DNA of 38,206 nucleotides from an uncultured Bacilli bacterium (GTDB lineage Bacteria; Bacillota_I; Bacilli_A; RF39; UBA660): NCBI GenBank assembly GCA_947625215.1, contig CANQNL010000004.1, positions 1 to 38,206 of the forward strand, read 5' to 3'. Shown piece by piece: positions 1 to 9,100 of this stretch (position 1 is its first letter; each line of letters starts with the position of its first letter). The notes under the pieces were generated by a model. It saw only the letters and a program-made list of their open reading frames with translations, ran no database searches and was not told where the DNA came from. The position numbers and the translations under genes were made by a program.

Positions 1-32
1 ATTAAAAATTTCTTTAAATTATTTCATAAAGA

Positions 33-73
33 AAACCTCAGCTATTAAATAACTGGGGTTTGTCTACAGTCTG
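33..73. mobile_element. Probable terminal inverted repeat/end of an IS1182-family-like insertion sequence (body would lie left of the window)
   Basis: GGGGTTTGTCTACAGTCTG (55-73) resembles IS1182-type ends as I recall them. It is preceded by a hairpin (33-61) and abuts a perfect palindrome (74-97), a typical target type. No transposase is in the window. Confidence 0.4.
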
Positions 74-97
74 AATAGGATTTTATAAAATCCTATT
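74..97. terminator. Perfect 24-bp palindrome, terminator-like
   Basis: AATAGGATTTTA-TAAAATCCTATT followed by GTTTTT. Confidence 0.55.
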
Positions 98-162
98 GTT
101 TTTAGTAAAATGGTCTATTAATAATATAATTATTAGTCATATACTATATTGAGGTGATAAAT

Positions 163-444
163 TTGAATATTTCTGTATCAGATTTATTAAGACTAACAAA
201 TCCCAATATAATAGATATAAGGACTGTAGAACATTTTAATAATAATCATATGCCAGGAGCTAAAAATATAGGAATGCAGGCATTACTATTAAATCCAAAT
301 AAATATTTAAATACAAGAGAAACTTATTATATTTATTGCCAGCGTGGTATAAGTTCACAAAAATTATGTCAGATATTAAGAAGTCAAGGTTATAATACTA
401 TAAGTGTAATTGGTGGTTATGAAGCTTGGCTCTTAGAAAAGTAA
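163..444 (+). CDS. Rhodanese-like domain protein
   Basis: IIDIR..HMPGAKNI, YIYCQRGISS active-site loop, GGYEAW. Start moved to TTG163 after GAGGTGA SD (track start 154). Confidence 0.9.
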   Translation: MNISVSDLLRLTNPNIIDIRTVEHFNNNHMPGAKNIGMQALLLNPNKYLNTRETYYIYCQRGISSQKLCQILRSQGYNTISVIGGYEAWLLEK

Positions 445-510
445 CAATATGCTACGAACAATGACACCAATTATTTGGAAAAATGTGGGAAAATAATATT
501 GGTGATAAGT

Positions 511-771
511 ATGCAGTTTAATCGAAATGATGAAAATTATGTGTATGATTTCGTTGGCAAAAACATTCGAAAATATCGCAAAGAAAAAGGCTGGACGCAG
601 AAAAAATTAGCCGAAGAAAGTACATATTCCAAACAATTTATTTCCAATATGGAAAATAATGTTCATCAAACCTTTTCACTTGGAACTTTGTGGAAATTAT
701 CGCAAGTTTTAGATGTTGAATTATCAGAACTATGCAAAGAACCAAAAGAAGAAAAAGAAAATGTCTTTTAA
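511..771 (+). CDS. XRE/Cro-CI family HTH transcriptional regulator
   Basis: GKNIRKYRKEKGWTQKKLAE..SKQFISNMEN HTH_3 pattern. ATG511 follows GGTGA SD. Confidence 0.88.
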   Translation: MQFNRNDENYVYDFVGKNIRKYRKEKGWTQKKLAEESTYSKQFISNMENNVHQTFSLGTLWKLSQVLDVELSELCKEPKEEKENVF

Positions 772-855
772 AGTATATTGATATATACTTTTTTTCTTGG
801 TAATCTTGAAACAATTTATTATATAAGTTATAATGAAAGTAAGGGAGGTCTGGAA

Positions 856-1953
856 ATGGAATATGTAATTATAGGCTTATTAGTTATCTTATTAATTATA
901 AGTGTTATATCATTAACTAAAAATATTAATGAATCTAATATTACCGAAAGACTTGGAAAACTAGAGACCGAAGTAGTCAAAGAACTAGGTTTATTTAAAA
1001 ATGATTTAGCTAATAATACTAATGATAACTTTGATAAATTAAATGAAAAAATTGAAAAAAGATTAAATCAAATAAATGATAAAGTAAATGAAAGATTAGA
1101 TGAAAATTTTGAAAAAACCAACAAAACATTTACTTCAGTACTTGAAAGATTATCTAAGATTGATGAAGCACAAAAGAAAATTGATAATTTATCAAACGAT
1201 ATTGTATCATTACAAACTGTTTTAACTGATAAAAAAACTAGAGGTATTTTTGGTGAAATAAATTTGAAACATATTTTAGAAAATGTCTTTGGACCTAATA
1301 ATAACAAAATATATAAATTACAATATACATTAAGTAATGGAACAATAGCCGATAGTGTAGTTATGGCACCAGAACCTTTAGGACTAATAGCTATTGATTC
1401 CAAGTTTCCACTAGAAAATTATCAAAATATGGTAGATAAAAGTAATATGCATAGAGAAACATCAGAAAAATTATTTAAACAAGATATGAAAAAACATATT
1501 GATGCAATTGCTAGTAAATATATAATTCCTGGTGAGACAACTGATCAGGCCATACTTTTTTTGCCAGCTGAAGCTATATTTGCTGAAGTAAATGCATATC
1601 ATCAAGATGTAATGGATTATGCTTATAAAAAAAGAGTGTGGATTACTGGACCAACTACTTTAATGAGTACTTTAACAACCTTACAGATAATTATGAAAAA
1701 TATCGAACGTGATAAATATACTAAAGTAATTCAAACTGAACTTAGATTATTGGATGAAGAATTTAAAAGATATAAAGATAGATGGGATAAACTATCTAGA
1801 AGTATCGATACCGTAAGCAAAGATGTTAAAGAAATTCATACGACAACAGAAAAAATCACCAAAAGATTTAATTCAATTAATGGTGTAGAAATGGAGACAT
1901 TAAATGATAAAGAAACTAAATATATTGCTCATACTGATAACACTGACTTGTAG
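856..1953 (+). CDS. rmuC: DNA recombination protein RmuC
   Basis: N-terminal TM, coiled coil, RGIFGE..L, IDSKFP nuclease motif, FLPAEAIF, GPTTL. ATG856 follows GGAGG. Confidence 0.93.
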   Translation: MEYVIIGLLVILLIISVISLTKNINESNITERLGKLETEVVKELGLFKNDLANNTNDNFDKLNEKIEKRLNQINDKVNERLDENFEKTNKTFTSVLERLSKIDEAQKKIDNLSNDIVSLQTVLTDKKTRGIFGEINLKHILENVFGPNNNKIYKLQYTLSNGTIADSVVMAPEPLGLIAIDSKFPLENYQNMVDKSNMHRETSEKLFKQDMKKHIDAIASKYIIPGETTDQAILFLPAEAIFAEVNAYHQDVMDYAYKKRVWITGPTTLMSTLTTLQIIMKNIERDKYTKVIQTELRLLDEEFKRYKDRWDKLSRSIDTVSKDVKEIHTTTEKITKRFNSINGVEMETLNDKETKYIAHTDNTDL

Positions 1954-2458
1954 TACATTTACAATTATTAATGAGTTAGATTCATCAATAGTAATTATTT
2001 TAAAAGATGCCAGTATTTATTTTACAATTTTTTTGCCATACATTGTTAGAAAAATATTTAAAATAGAAATTAAAGAAGATTTAGTAACTATATGGATTAT
2101 CTTTATATTTTTCTCACATTATTTAGGAGTAGCCGCTGAATATTACAATAAATGGGAATATTTAGATAAAATTACACACTGTATTTCTGGAGTTATTACG
2201 GCCTATATAGCTGCAATGATATTGAATTATAATAAAACGAAAAATGTAATATTTAATATTTTATTTATAATTTCTTTTACTTGGTTTTGTGCAGGAATGT
2301 GGGAAGTATTTGAATTTACTTGTAACTATTTATTTGGTGGTGATGCTCAAAGAGTGGCACTTACCGGAGTATCAGATACAATGTGGGATATGATTGTAGC
2401 TTTCTTTGGTTCAGTAGCCTTTAGTATATATTACTACTTTAAACGTAAGTTGACATAA
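1904..2458 (+). CDS. Multi-pass membrane protein, DUF2238/YjdF-like
   Basis: Several hydrophobic helices with DKITH, WEVFEF and DTMWDM motifs. Confidence 0.65.
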   Translation: MIKKLNILLILITLTCSTFTIINELDSSIVIILKDASIYFTIFLPYIVRKIFKIEIKEDLVTIWIIFIFFSHYLGVAAEYYNKWEYLDKITHCISGVITAYIAAMILNYNKTKNVIFNILFIISFTWFCAGMWEVFEFTCNYLFGGDAQRVALTGVSDTMWDMIVAFFGSVAFSIYYYFKRKLT

Positions 2459-2480
2459 AAACAGTTAATTAACTGTTTTT
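2456..2480 (+). terminator. Intrinsic terminator
   Basis: AAAAACAGTTAATTAACTGTTTTT palindrome at the stop codon. Confidence 0.7.
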
Positions 2481-2542
2481 AAATGCTTAAATACTATATT
2501 TTTTCTAATAAATAGATTATAATTAAAATAGAGGTGGTAAGT

Positions 2543-4672
2543 ATGGAAGAAAAAGTTTACGATATCATAACTGGTCAAAATAAAGCCATAACTTATGAGG
2601 AAATAATGGAGAAATTAGACGATGAGGAAAAAGATGAACTTACAAAAACTCTTGTTAAGCTAGCAAATGATTTAAAAATTAGAGTTACTAATAATGGCAA
2701 GTATGAAAAATTTAATGATACTAGTCAAAAAATTGGAACTTTAGCAATGAATGCTAAAGGTTTTGGTTTTGTTATTGTTGATGGTGAAAATGAAGATTAT
2801 TACATATCAAAAAATAATATTAATGGCGCCGTAAATGGGGACACCGTAATTATTACTGTCATTAATGAAGAAAAGCACGAAGCTGTTATTAGAAAAATAA
2901 ATCAGAGAAATTTAAATGATTTATTAGTAGGTGAATTTTACCGTAAAGATGATAAAAACTTTATTAAATTAGATGATGACAAACTTAATATTATTGTTGA
3001 AATAGATGATGAAAATACTAAAGGAGCAGTTCCTGGTCATAAAGTAGTTGTTAAAATTAATAATAATGTTAGTAAAACAAATTATTATAATGGAGTTGTC
3101 ATTAGAATTTTAGGTCATAAGGATGATCCTGGAGTGGATATTTTATCAATTGCGGCGAAATATAATATTAATGATATTTTTAGTGATGAAGTAAAAAAAG
3201 AATTAGAAAAAATTCCATCTGAAGTTAAAGAAGAAGAATTAAAAGGAAGAAGAGATTTAAGAGAAGAAATGATATTTACAATAGATGGTGATGATACTAA
3301 AGATATCGATGATGCTATTAGTCTTAAGAAATTAGAAAATGGACATTATAATTTAGGTGTTCATATAGCCGATGTATCATATTATGTTAAAGAAAATACG
3401 GCAATCGGCGATGAGGCTTATAGTAGAGGAACTAGTTCTTATTTGGCTGATAGAGTCATTCCAATGCTTCCACATCAGCTTTCAAATGGAATTTGTTCAT
3501 TAAATCCTGAGGTTGATAGGTTAGCTATTTCTTGTGTTATGGAAATTGATGAAAAGGGTAATACTTTAAATAGTGAAATTTTTGAAAGTGTTATCCGTTC
3601 TAGAAAACAAATGACCTATAAAAACGTTAATCAAATAATAGAAAAAGATGTTACTCCTGAAGGTTATGAAGAGTTTGCTGATACTTTAAAAGAAATGCAT
3701 AAACTAGCGAAAATAATTAGAAAAAATAAAATTGAAAGAGGCTATATTGATTTTGATACCGATGAAGCTAAAATTATCGTCGATGAAAATGGAAAAGCAA
3801 TTGATATTAAAAAACGTGAACGTGGTGAAGGTGAAAAGTTAATTGAAGATTTTATGATTGCTGCTAATGAAGCGGTAGCTACAACAATTACTTATATGGA
3901 TCTTCCGTTTATATATCGTGTTCACGGTACTCCTGATGAAGAAAAAATTAGAGGCTTTTTAGGCTTTGTTAATGTTTTAGGATATAAGGTAGTAGCTAAT
4001 TTAAGAACCATCACTTCAAAAACTATTCAGCAAATATTAGATCAATTAAGAGAAAAAAAAGAATATCCAATTCTTTCAAATATGTTACTTCGAAGTATGA
4101 AAAAAGCAATATATGATAGTACTAATATAGGACACTTTGGTCTTGCTAGTAAATGTTATACACACTTTACTTCACCAATCAGAAGATTTCCCGATTTAAC
4201 GGTTCATAGATTATTACGTACTTATTTATTTAACCACGAAATTAATAATGAAACGATAAATTACTTTATGACTAAACTTCCACAAATTGCTATTCAGTCT
4301 TCTGAACGTGAAAGAGCTGCCGATGATTGTGAAAGAGATGTTACAGATATGAAAATGGCTGAATATATGCTTGATCATATTGGTGAAACATTTGAAGGTG
4401 TGATTGACACCGTAACTAATTATGGAATGTATGTAGAACTGCCTAATTTAGTTGAAGGAATGGTTAGAATAGAAGATTTAGATGATGATTATTATTTTTA
4501 TCAAGAATCTTCTTATAGCTTAATTGGTAAAAGAACGAAGAAAAAATATATGCTTGGTGATAAAGTAACTGTAATTGTCGATAGTGTTATTAAAGAAAAA
4601 GGTTTAATTAATTTTAAATTAGCAAAAAAAGGTGATAAAAATGGAAATAAACAACAGGAAAGCAAAGTATGA
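2543..4672 (+). CDS. rnr: Ribonuclease R
   Basis: CSD (KGFGFV), [17 protein letters not shown] and [13 protein letters not shown]-terminal S1; adjacent to smpB. ATG2543 follows GAGGTGG. Confidence 0.97.
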   Translation: MEEKVYDIITGQNKAITYEEIMEKLDDEEKDELTKTLVKLANDLKIRVTNNGKYEKFNDTSQKIGTLAMNAKGFGFVIVDGENEDYYISKNNINGAVNGDTVIITVINEEKHEAVIRKINQRNLNDLLVGEFYRKDDKNFIKLDDDKLNIIVEIDDENTKGAVPGHKVVVKINNNVSKTNYYNGVVIRILGHKDDPGVDILSIAAKYNINDIFSDEVKKELEKIPSEVKEEELKGRRDLREEMIFTIDGDDTKDIDDAISLKKLENGHYNLGVHIADVSYYVKENTAIGDEAYSRGTSSYLADRVIPMLPHQLSNGICSLNPEVDRLAISCVMEIDEKGNTLNSEIFESVIRSRKQMTYKNVNQIIEKDVTPEGYEEFADTLKEMHKLAKIIRKNKIERGYIDFDTDEAKIIVDENGKAIDIKKRERGEGEKLIEDFMIAANEAVATTITYMDLPFIYRVHGTPDEEKIRGFLGFVNVLGYKVVANLRTITSKTIQQILDQLREKKEYPILSNMLLRSMKKAIYDSTNIGHFGLASKCYTHFTSPIRRFPDLTVHRLLRTYLFNHEINNETINYFMTKLPQIAIQSSERERAADDCERDVTDMKMAEYMLDHIGETFEGVIDTVTNYGMYVELPNLVEGMVRIEDLDDDYYFYQESSYSLIGKRTKKKYMLGDKVTVIVDSVIKEKGLINFKLAKKGDKNGNKQQESKV

Positions 4673-5075
4673 TTATCAGATTTTTGAAACTATTGAAGCG
4701 GGAATTGTTTTAACAGGAACAGAAATAAAATCGATAAGAGCTGGTAAAGCTAATTTAAAAGATAGTTATGCCACGATAAAAAAGGGCGAAGTTTTATTAT
4801 TAAATATGCATATTAGCTCTTATGAACAAGGTAATAGATTTAACCACGAAGAGACAAGAACAAGGAAATTACTTCTGCATAAAAAAGAAATATTAAAATT
4901 AGGCGATAAAGTAAAACTTGAAGGTTATACTTTAGTACCATTAAAACTTTATTTTAGTAAAAATAGAGCGAAGATTTTACTAGGCGTGGCTAAAGGTAAA
5001 AAGACATATGATAAAAGAGAGGCCATAAAAAATAAAGATATGGAAAGAGAAATTAGAAGTAAATTAAAAAAATAA
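4641..5075 (+). CDS. smpB: SsrA-binding protein SmpB
   Basis: [45 protein letters not shown]4641 follows AGGTGA. Confidence 0.98.
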   Translation: MEINNRKAKYDYQIFETIEAGIVLTGTEIKSIRAGKANLKDSYATIKKGEVLLLNMHISSYEQGNRFNHEETRTRKLLLHKKEILKLGDKVKLEGYTLVPLKLYFSKNRAKILLGVAKGKKTYDKREAIKNKDMEREIRSKLKK

Positions 5076-5098
5076 TATTTTATGTTCTTTGTTGCTGA

Positions 5099-5128
5099 TT
5101 GACAGCAAATATAAAGGTATGTTATAAT
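5099..5128 (+). promoter_or_regulatory. SigA promoter of ssrA
   Basis: TTGACA-18bp-TATAAT with TGn extended -10, 11 nt before the tmRNA 5' end. Confidence 0.85.
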
Positions 5129-5139
5129 ACCTTTCAATT

Positions 5140-5495
5140 GGGGGCGCCTTGGTTTCGACAGATATATGGAGATTAAAGTTGCAAGTCGAAGGTACGCGTT
5201 AAGTACACAGTTAAATATAACTGGAAAAACAGAAGGCTATAAAGGCCAATTAGCTTTCGCTTAAAATAAGACGAAGCTGCTCTTTCTATTCTCTTTCCCA
5301 TTGAGAATTTAAAGGGCTCACATTTAATGGGATATATTATTACTTGGCCTAGGAGTAATAATGAATGTCATAGGCTCACTAATATGTTGGTCGTTAGCTA
5401 CTTTATTTATTAGGACATCACTTAGCTAACTAAACTTGTAGAGACTTTTTTGGAAGTGTATTTGGACAGGAGTTCGATTCTCCTCGCCTCCACCA
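5140..5495 (+). ncRNA. ssrA: tmRNA; tag ORF 5223-5264 encodes (A)GKTEGYKGQLAFA*
   Basis: 5' GGGGGCG..GGTTTCGAC pairs with 3' CGCCTCC-A-CCA, including the G3-U alanine determinant; T-arm AGGAGTTCGATTCTCCT; resume codon after ATAACT; directly downstream of smpB. Confidence 0.96.
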
Positions 5496-5534
5496 GTGAT
5501 GAATCTGTTCGAACTTTTTCGAACTTTAATATAG

Positions 5535-5558
5535 AGAACTTGTCAAAAGTTCTTTTTT
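5535..5558 (+). terminator. ssrA terminator
   Basis: AGAACTT-gtcaa-AAGTTCT followed by a T run. Confidence 0.75.
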
Positions 5559-5568
5559 ATGTTATTAT
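5540..5568 (+). promoter_or_regulatory. SigA-type promoter for candidate antisense sRNA
   Basis: TTGTCA-17bp-TATTAT with TGn extension; overlaps the ssrA terminator. Confidence 0.6.
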
Positions 5569-5574
5569 GTATTT

Positions 5575-5764
5575 ATCAAGGAAACTTACATAAAATAAAA
5601 AAGGAACATTCAATATTGCAGTGTTGAGTGTTACCCAATAATTTGTGTAGCACCTAATTCAAACTGTTTGAGTGTCATATTTTTATTGCTATTACCAATA
5701 AGGTAAGGAGTAATAAAATGATAGCAATAAGCCAAAGGACTTTTACAATAAAAGTTCTTTTTTT
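5575..5764 (+). ncRNA. Candidate type I antitoxin sRNA (~190 nt) antisense to the small peptide ORF
   Basis: Own promoter upstream; 12-bp hairpin 5605-5632 that pairs fully only on + (3 G-U pairs); terminator 5734-5764 with U tail. The 5' end is estimated. Confidence 0.55.
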
Positions 5765-5767
5765 CAT
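5675..5767 (-). CDS. 30-aa hydrophobic peptide MKKRTFIVKVLWLIAIILLLLTLLVIAIKI, candidate type I toxin
   Basis: Translated by hand (below the ORF-track cutoff). GGAGGG SD 5 nt before ATG, paired with upstream TCCTCC in a hairpin; single TM helix with basic ends. Confidence 0.7.
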   Translation of the reverse strand: MKKRTFIVKVLWLIAIILLLLTLLVIAIKI

Positions 5768-6023
5768 TGTATCCCTCCTCTCAAGATTGGAGGACGACAT
5801 TCACATCAAATATTCCTATAAAATTTATACTACAATTGATATTATAAAACAATTGAACATTGATTAATATTTATTATTTTATAATAGTGTGTGAGTCATT
5901 AATATTAGTTGATGCTTCTATATTGTATTTAATAGTTCACTGCAAAAATTTATTTAAAAAGATTTAAAATATCTTTAAAAGTATATCTGGCATAACCGTT
6001 TTAATTATTCTAAATAATATAGT

Positions 6024-6049
6024 GGAGAGATAATATGTTATCTCTTTTT
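6024..6049 (+). terminator. Intrinsic terminator upstream of essC
   Basis: GGAGAGATAA-tatg-TTATCTCTTT followed by TT. Confidence 0.6.
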
Positions 6050-6164
6050 CCTAGGGCGTCTATTTCTAAATTAATAATAAAATATAAAAATATTATTTTT
6101 TTTATACAATATGGGACTAAATATGATAAAATAATATTATAAAGAATAGGGAAGGGGATTAGAA

Positions 6165-9100
6165 ATGCTTATTTATTTAATGAGAAATACCGAAATAACT
6201 AGTTTATGTTTACCTTCTACTATCCAGGGTACTTATTGGACTTCCTATAAAGGCCAAAATGGTCATAATGTAAATCTTATAAGCATTGAGGCTAATCAAA
6301 ATCACTGGGTTGCTAAAAGTAATGCTGATGCTATGCTAAGGGCAAATGGAACTATTCAGCCAAGTATTACATTAGAATTATATAACTTATATGAAATAAA
6401 GACGCCTAGGGAAACTATGTATCTTTTCACTATGCCTAATTATGATGAAACATTTAAACTTTATCATATAGAAAACACAAATGAGATAATTATTGGTAAT
6501 TCCTCAAATAACACTATTGTCTATAATAGTAATCTAGTGTCTAGTATTTATGCTAGAATTTCAAAAACAGAGCGTGGCTATAGTATTTTTAATATGGATA
6601 ACCATTTTGGTACCTATGTCAATAAAGTACGTATTTTACAAAAAGATTTAGTCTATGGTGATGTAATTTTTATTATGGGTTTAAAAATCATTTTTATGGG
6701 AGAATACTTTGCTATAAATAATCCAAATAATTCAGTTACTTTAAATAATGCTATTTTCAGTATTTATAATCCCGTTATAGCTGACAAGACAAATATAAAA
6801 GAAGATCCTTATATTCCAATGTACCGTGATGAAGATTATTTTGAAAAATCTCCAAGATTTATTACTCAATTCGAAAAACAAACAGTGAAAATAGATACAC
6901 CGCCAGATAAAAAGGAAGAAAATGAAACTCCAATTTTGTATACTATTGGACCAATGATGACTATGGGAATGGTTTCTATGGTTACTGGATGGACAGCAAT
7001 TAATCGTATAATTGAAGGCGGACGTTTAATAGATGCTATGCCTAGTTTAGTTATGTCTTTTGCTATGGTTATGACTATGGTATTTTGGCCAATTTTATCT
7101 ACACGTTTTCAGCGTAAAATGGATAAAATAAAAGAAGCAGAAAGGCAAAAAAAATATAAAAAATATTTAACAAAGAAAAGTGACGAAATTCAAATTCTTA
7201 TGCGCCAAGAAAAACAGGTTTTAATGGAAAATAATGTCTCATTAGAGGAATGTCAAAATATCATTTTAAATAAAAAACGTAACTTATGGGAAAAAGAAAT
7301 TTATCACAAAGATTTTTTAACAGTTAGATTAGGTACAGGTTCCATAAGGCCAAGCTTAGAAATTGTTTATCCAGAAGAACATTTTTCTTTAACCGAAGAT
7401 AATTTAAAAGAATTAGTAGCTGATACTATTAGCCGAAGAGAATTTATTGATGATGTTCCAGTGCGCCTATCACTAGCTGAAAAAAATCTTTTGGCGCTTA
7501 TTGGCGATAGGGATATAACTAATAAATTCCTAGAAAGTATTTTAATTCAACTTATGACTTTTCATAGTTATCGTGATTTGAAAATTGTATTTTTAACTAA
7601 TGGAAAAACAGATGAGTTTTCTTATTTGAAACTTGCACCATATTTATTTGATAACAATATACCATTTAGGTTTTATGGCGATAATTATGATGATATTAAA
7701 GTGATTTCAAATTATCTTATGCAGATTTTTAATTCGCGAAAATATACTGATGATGGCAAAATTAGAGAAGAAGATTACAAAAGCTTTGATACATATTATC
7801 TTATAATAGTTGATGATTTAGATTTAGTTAGAAAAACTACAATTATTAAAGAAATATTACATTCAAAACAAAATTACGGATTTAGTCTTATTTTAAGAAG
7901 CCACAAACTATCAACTTTACCTAAAGAGTGTTCAACCTTTGTAACTATTAGTGGTGAAAATGGAAAAACGTCAGGAGTATTTGAAAATGAACTTACTTCA
8001 GATAGACAGCAAGCGTTTGCCGCAGATTTAAATGTTCAAAATAGAGTAAGTATGTCAGTATGTATTGAAGCTTTAGCTAAAATTCCACTTCGTATGAATG
8101 ACTCTATCAAAAGTTTACCTAAAACTTTAAGCTTTTTAGAAATGTATGATGCCGGAAAAGTTGAGCAGCTTAATGCTTCATATAGATGGGCCGATAATAA
8201 TCCAACTATAAGTTTAAATGTTCCAATCGGAATAGATGAAAGTGGAGAACTTTTAAAATTGGATTTACACGAAAGGAGCCATGGACCACATGGACTTATA
8301 GCTGGTATGACTGGTAGTGGTAAAAGTGAACTGATCATAACCTACATTCTTTCTTTGGCTGTTAATTTTCATCCGTATGAAGTATCATTTGTTTTAATAG
8401 ATTATAAAGGTGGTGGTTTGGCTGGCGCTTTTGAAAATAGAGAGACTGGAGTTTCACTACCACACCTAGCTGGAACGATTACAAACTTAGATAGTTCTTC
8501 TATTAATAGAGCTTTATCATCTATTAGAAGTGAACTTAGAAGAAGACAAAAATTATTTAATGAAGCCAGGGATAAATTAGGAGAAAGTACAATTGATATA
8601 TATAAATATCAAAAATTTTATCGCGAAGGTTTAGTAGAAAAACCAGTATCGCATTTGTTTATTATTTCTGATGAATTTGCCGAACTTAAAATGCAACAAC
8701 CTGACTTTATGAAAGAGCTTATAAGTACCGCTCGTATTGGTAGATCATTAGGTGTTCATTTAATTTTATCAACGCAAAAACCATCAGGAATTGTCGATGA
8801 TCAGATTTGGAGTAATAGTAAATTTCGTATTTGCTTAAAAGTTCAAGATAAAGCTGATAGTAAAGATATGCTTGGACTTCCAGATGCAGCTTCTTTAGTT
8901 GAACCAGGTAGATTTTATTTGCAGGTAGGTTATAATGAATTATTCGTATTAGGACAATCAGCGTGGTGTTCATCACCATATTATCCAGAGGAAAAGCGAA
9001 GAAAAAAAGTAAATACAGAAGTTAGTTTTATTGATAATATTGGGAATGTTATTAAAAGTACAAATGACCCTAATAGTATAGTGACAGTAAAAGCTAGCGG

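Noticed and set aside
5154-5160. TTCGACA as a Spo0A box
   Set aside because: It is part of the conserved tmRNA 5' sequence GGTTTCGAC
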